Source of the DNA: Bdellovibrionales bacterium
GTDB lineage: Bacteria > Bdellovibrionota > Bdellovibrionia > Bdellovibrionales > UBA1609
Length of the DNA: 64,000 nucleotides
Direction of reading: 5' to 3'
Assembly (NCBI GenBank): GCA_965200875.1
Contig: OZ241456.1
Location: forward strand, 864,001 to 928,000
In this document: positions 60,788-64,000 of the stretch, one piece after another
Position numbering within the stretch: the stretch's first letter is position 1
Layout of the letters: each line of letters starts with the position of its first letter
Notes under the pieces: model-generated
Database searches by the model: none
What the model was told of the DNA's origin: nothing
The model's input: the letters and a program-made list of their open reading frames with translations, nothing else
Made by a program: the position numbers and the translations under genes

Positions 60788-61837
60788 ATGAAAAACCTAA
60801 TAAAACAGCTAAAAATGGAGGATTTGGAGAATGTTAGAGTCTTGAAGACGCTTGCCGAGGCGCATCGCTTCCTAGCTGAATTAAAAGGAATCACGCACAT
60901 TATTCCCAATGAAAAAATTTTACTCTCCAATTTAACACTTCAGGAAGCAAAGGAAAGCTCTGCCATTGAAAATATTATTACTACCCAAGATAGCATGTAT
61001 AAACATCAAGTACAATATGACTTACAAAATACAGCCAATAAAGAAGTGTATAACTATGCGAAAGCTATGGAGGAAGGTTGTAAAAAAATCAAATCTGATG
61101 GAGGTATTTCTTTAAATACTATTCTTGAAATTCAAAATATTATTGAACCTAATCGTTCTGGTTTTCGCAAAGTGCCGGGTACTGTATTAAAAAATATTAC
61201 AACACAGAAAACTGTTTATTCCCCTCCTTCCCCTGAAAAAATTCCGGAGTTGATGAATCAACTGGAACATTTCATCAATACAAATTCCACAGACTCTCTT
61301 ATAAAAATGGCTATTATTCATCATCAGTTTGAGAGTATTCATCCTTTTTATGATGGAAATAGCAGAACTGGCCGGATTATTAATATTTTGTACCTGATTT
61401 TTAAGGGCCTTTTGGATAGCCCCATTTTATACCTTAGTCGTTACATTAATAGAAACAAGTTGGAATACTATAAATTACTTCAACAGGTTTGGGAACAGGA
61501 AGTTTGGGAGGATTGGATTTTGTACATATTAAGTGCTGTGTCTGTTATTTCTCAGGAAACAACTGCATTAATTAAAGAAATAGATAAATTGTTCAAGCAA
61601 TACAAAAATGTTATCCGTAGGAAACACAAATTTTACTCCCATGATTTAATAAATAACATTTTTTCTCATCCCTATACTAAAATAAAGTTTTTGGAAAGAG
61701 ATATGAAAATCTCTAGAGCGACTGCCACCCGTTATTTGGACGCACTTACTAAAGATAAAATTTTGGAAAAAAACAAACTGGGGAAAGAGAGTTATTATGT
61801 CAATACAAAACTTTTTAAATTGTTAAAAGGCTCTTAG
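60788..61837 (+). CDS. Fic-family protein (N-terminal inhibitory motif, C-terminal HTH)
   Basis: ESSAIEN, HPFYDGNSRTGR, ISRATATRYL. Confidence 0.92.
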   Translation: MKNLIKQLKMEDLENVRVLKTLAEAHRFLAELKGITHIIPNEKILLSNLTLQEAKESSAIENIITTQDSMYKHQVQYDLQNTANKEVYNYAKAMEEGCKKIKSDGGISLNTILEIQNIIEPNRSGFRKVPGTVLKNITTQKTVYSPPSPEKIPELMNQLEHFINTNSTDSLIKMAIIHHQFESIHPFYDGNSRTGRIINILYLIFKGLLDSPILYLSRYINRNKLEYYKLLQQVWEQEVWEDWILYILSAVSVISQETTALIKEIDKLFKQYKNVIRRKHKFYSHDLINNIFSHPYTKIKFLERDMKISRATATRYLDALTKDKILEKNKLGKESYYVNTKLFKLLKGS

Positions 61838-62002
61838 TTTGTTTCACTTTTTGCTAAGCACAATATAATAAGGGTTGTTACAATGCTCAGTTGTCTTTGA
61901 CTGTCAAAACCTCTTATTCATAAATGGTGCTCTCTTAGGCCCATTTATCTTTGAATATAAAAAGGGCTTTTAATGTTGGTTAAAGCCTGTTACAAAAAAA
62001 GA

Positions 62003-62989
62003 ATGAAAGTGTTAGTTACGGGAGCAAGTGGTTTTTTAGGAGGGTGGCTTTGCAAAGCTTTATGTGAAAAAGGCTGGCAAGTGCATGTTCTTCTCAGGCC
62101 AACCAGTGACAGAAGTAATCTTCAGAATTTGGATTTATGTGTTCACACTGGTGATGTAACAGATCTGGATTCCTTTATGCAGGCCAGCCGAGGGATGGAT
62201 TTGGTGTTTCACTTGGCCGGTTTGATTTCTCATTTAAAAAAAGATTTAACAGCTATGCAAAAGGTGAATATAAGAGGTACGGCTTATGCCATTGAAGTGT
62301 GTCGTTCACAAGGAGCAAAGCTGATTTATATCAGCTCAGTGGTTGCTGTAGGGGCCAGTACTCAGCCACTGATTTTAAATGAAGATTCCCCTTATGATCC
62401 GGTACTTTCTCGGATGGGATATTTTCAAACTAAAAAACAGGCTGAAGAGCTGGTACTCAAAGCCTGTAAAAAAGGCAAAATATCTGCTGTGACCCTCAAT
62501 CCTTCCACTATTTACGGAGCAGGAGATATGAAAAAACAAAGCCGGAAAGCGCAAGTGCGAGTGGCGGAGGGCCGATTTCCTTTTTACACTTCAGGAGGTG
62601 TGAGTGTAGTGGATGTGCAGTCTGTGATTTCAGCGTGCCTTAAAGCTGTGGAAACAGGTCGGCCCGGGGAAAGATATATTTTAAGTGGAGATAATATCAG
62701 TATCAAAAAGCTTTTTTCTTTAATTGCAAAAACTGCTGGAGTCAAACCTCCCTTTATTTACTTGAATAATTTTTTACTTCGGGTTTTTGCGGAATTAGGT
62801 GTAGGCTTGAGCAATCTGGGTTTTAAATTCCCCGTGAGTAGAGAAAGTGCACAAATGGCACAACTTTACCATTGGTTCGACCACTCTAAAGCCAAACAGG
62901 AACTAAACTTTCATCCCACAAGCTCGGAGAAGGCTATTCAGGAGTCCATAAACTGGTGGATTTTTCAAAAAAACAAAGACATTCGCTGA
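62003..62989 (+). CDS. NAD-dependent epimerase/dehydratase (dihydroflavonol reductase-like)
   Basis: MKVLVTGASGFLG, VFHLAG, YFQTK, GRPGERYIL. Confidence 0.9.
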   Translation: MKVLVTGASGFLGGWLCKALCEKGWQVHVLLRPTSDRSNLQNLDLCVHTGDVTDLDSFMQASRGMDLVFHLAGLISHLKKDLTAMQKVNIRGTAYAIEVCRSQGAKLIYISSVVAVGASTQPLILNEDSPYDPVLSRMGYFQTKKQAEELVLKACKKGKISAVTLNPSTIYGAGDMKKQSRKAQVRVAEGRFPFYTSGGVSVVDVQSVISACLKAVETGRPGERYILSGDNISIKKLFSLIAKTAGVKPPFIYLNNFLLRVFAELGVGLSNLGFKFPVSRESAQMAQLYHWFDHSKAKQELNFHPTSSEKAIQESINWWIFQKNKDIR

Positions 62990-63047
62990 CAAAATCATTT
63001 TTATTTGTACTTTACAAAAAAACTATAAGTAACTTATATTGTATTTA

Positions 63048-63450
63048 AAAGAGGTTTGCGGGTGATCGCTGAATTTTTCCGATGGGAACGCTGGAGGTTT
63101 TTTAAAACTTCAGTGTGTTTCTAGGAACAGGTTTAGGATATAAATCTGAAAATTCAGAGGAAAGTCCGGACTCCAAAATGGCGACGTAAAAGATGAAAAT
63201 CTTTCCACTTTAAAGGTGACTTTAGAGTGAGGACAAGTGGAACAGAAAGTATGTCCGGGTTTTTTTCTTCATGGAAAAAAACTGCTGGAGTGAAATCAGC
63301 TAAACTCTGCGTGGAGCAAGATCAAATAGGAAAGCGTTTGAGTCAAGCCATGACGAGCTTTTGGGTTGATCGCAAAGATGAATGCTCACCTCCTGTCGCT
63401 TTTCCGGTTAAGCGTCAGCAGACAGAATCCGGCTTACAGCAAACCTTTTC
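63048..63450 (+). ncRNA. rnpB: RNase P RNA
   Basis: GAGGAAAGTCCGGACTCC and ACAGAATCCGGCTTAC P4 halves; P1 AGAGGTTTGC/GCAAACCTTT. Confidence 0.95.
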
Positions 63451-63681
63451 AACCGGGTTATTTATTCCTTAAATAAGAGGCAATTTTTTATTAAAGATAG
63501 TTTGTTTCTTCTCAAATTCAGCTCTTGTAAAATTTACACATCTCCTTTATCGGAAGATAAAAATTACGAATGAATTTGACATTTCTTGATTTCTATCATA
63601 TCCCTTTATGAGCTATGAAAAGCCTCTTGACTTTTATATTCAGAAGTGGAAGCTAGTAAAAATAAATAATGAGGAGGACAC

Positions 63682-64000
63682 ATGAAATCACCAACCGCTT
63701 TACTAAAAATTTTCGTATCAACTTTTTTGATTGTTGTATCGGCCACCTCTCATACTAATGAACAATTGATGAACAGTGCAGACGATTTTGAAGATACAGC
63801 TTATCCTTCTTTTTTGATTGATAACAAAACAGAAAAATGTGTAATACCTTTAAACCATGAAGTTTTAAATCAACATGGTTTAAAACCGGAACATATATAT
63901 CCCTTGTTTGAAAACACAAATAAGAAAGCAGAGCTTAATAATTTTGAAACCAAAGAAAACCCCTCTCCTACGATTCCACTTTGCACATCGGATACAATAA
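63682..64000 (+). CDS. Hypothetical exported protein, 3'-partial
   Basis: SD GAGGAGG, MKSPTALLKIFVSTFLIVVSATSH.., open to the window end. Confidence 0.7.
   Translation, partial: MKSPTALLKIFVSTFLIVVSATSHTNEQLMNSADDFEDTAYPSFLIDNKTEKCVIPLNHEVLNQHGLKPEHIYPLFENTNKKAELNNFETKENPSPTIPLCTSDTI

Noticed and set aside
63227..63472. 81-aa ORF
   Set aside because: Lies within rnpB

Overview
AT-rich bacterial chromosome segment. Gene content and protein style point to a Bdellovibrionota/Oligoflexia-like organism, possibly host-associated (inference). Housekeeping genes include sufC/D, rpmJ-rpsM-rpsK-rpoA-rplQ, dnaE, lipB, trmD-rplS, bioB, miaA, glmU, gloB, folE2, uvrA, rdgB, rph, feoAB, an HtrA protease, argS, tRNA-Gly, tRNA-Val and rnpB. 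Defence and modification genes are a Type ISP RM enzyme running off the left edge, a Type III RM pair with a truncated Res, an orphan adenine MTase and a Fic protein. The best candidate for an undescribed system is at about 41.9-51.8 kb: a locus of paralogous, modular exported pentapeptide-repeat/LRR genes that share signal-peptide, cap and flanking DNA. Two divergent members carry the same predicted promoter, whose -35/-10 spacer is a poly-C tract (17 bp in one copy, 15 bp in the other), and their 5' regions form inverted repeats. One hollowed cassette contains an MTase insert flanked by a 9-bp direct repeat. Other notable signals: G/C homopolymer contingency tracts, a dispersed double-hairpin repeat (one copy where rpsD normally sits), many low-complexity insertions in core proteins, and an RNase P RNA apparently lacking P13/P14/P18.
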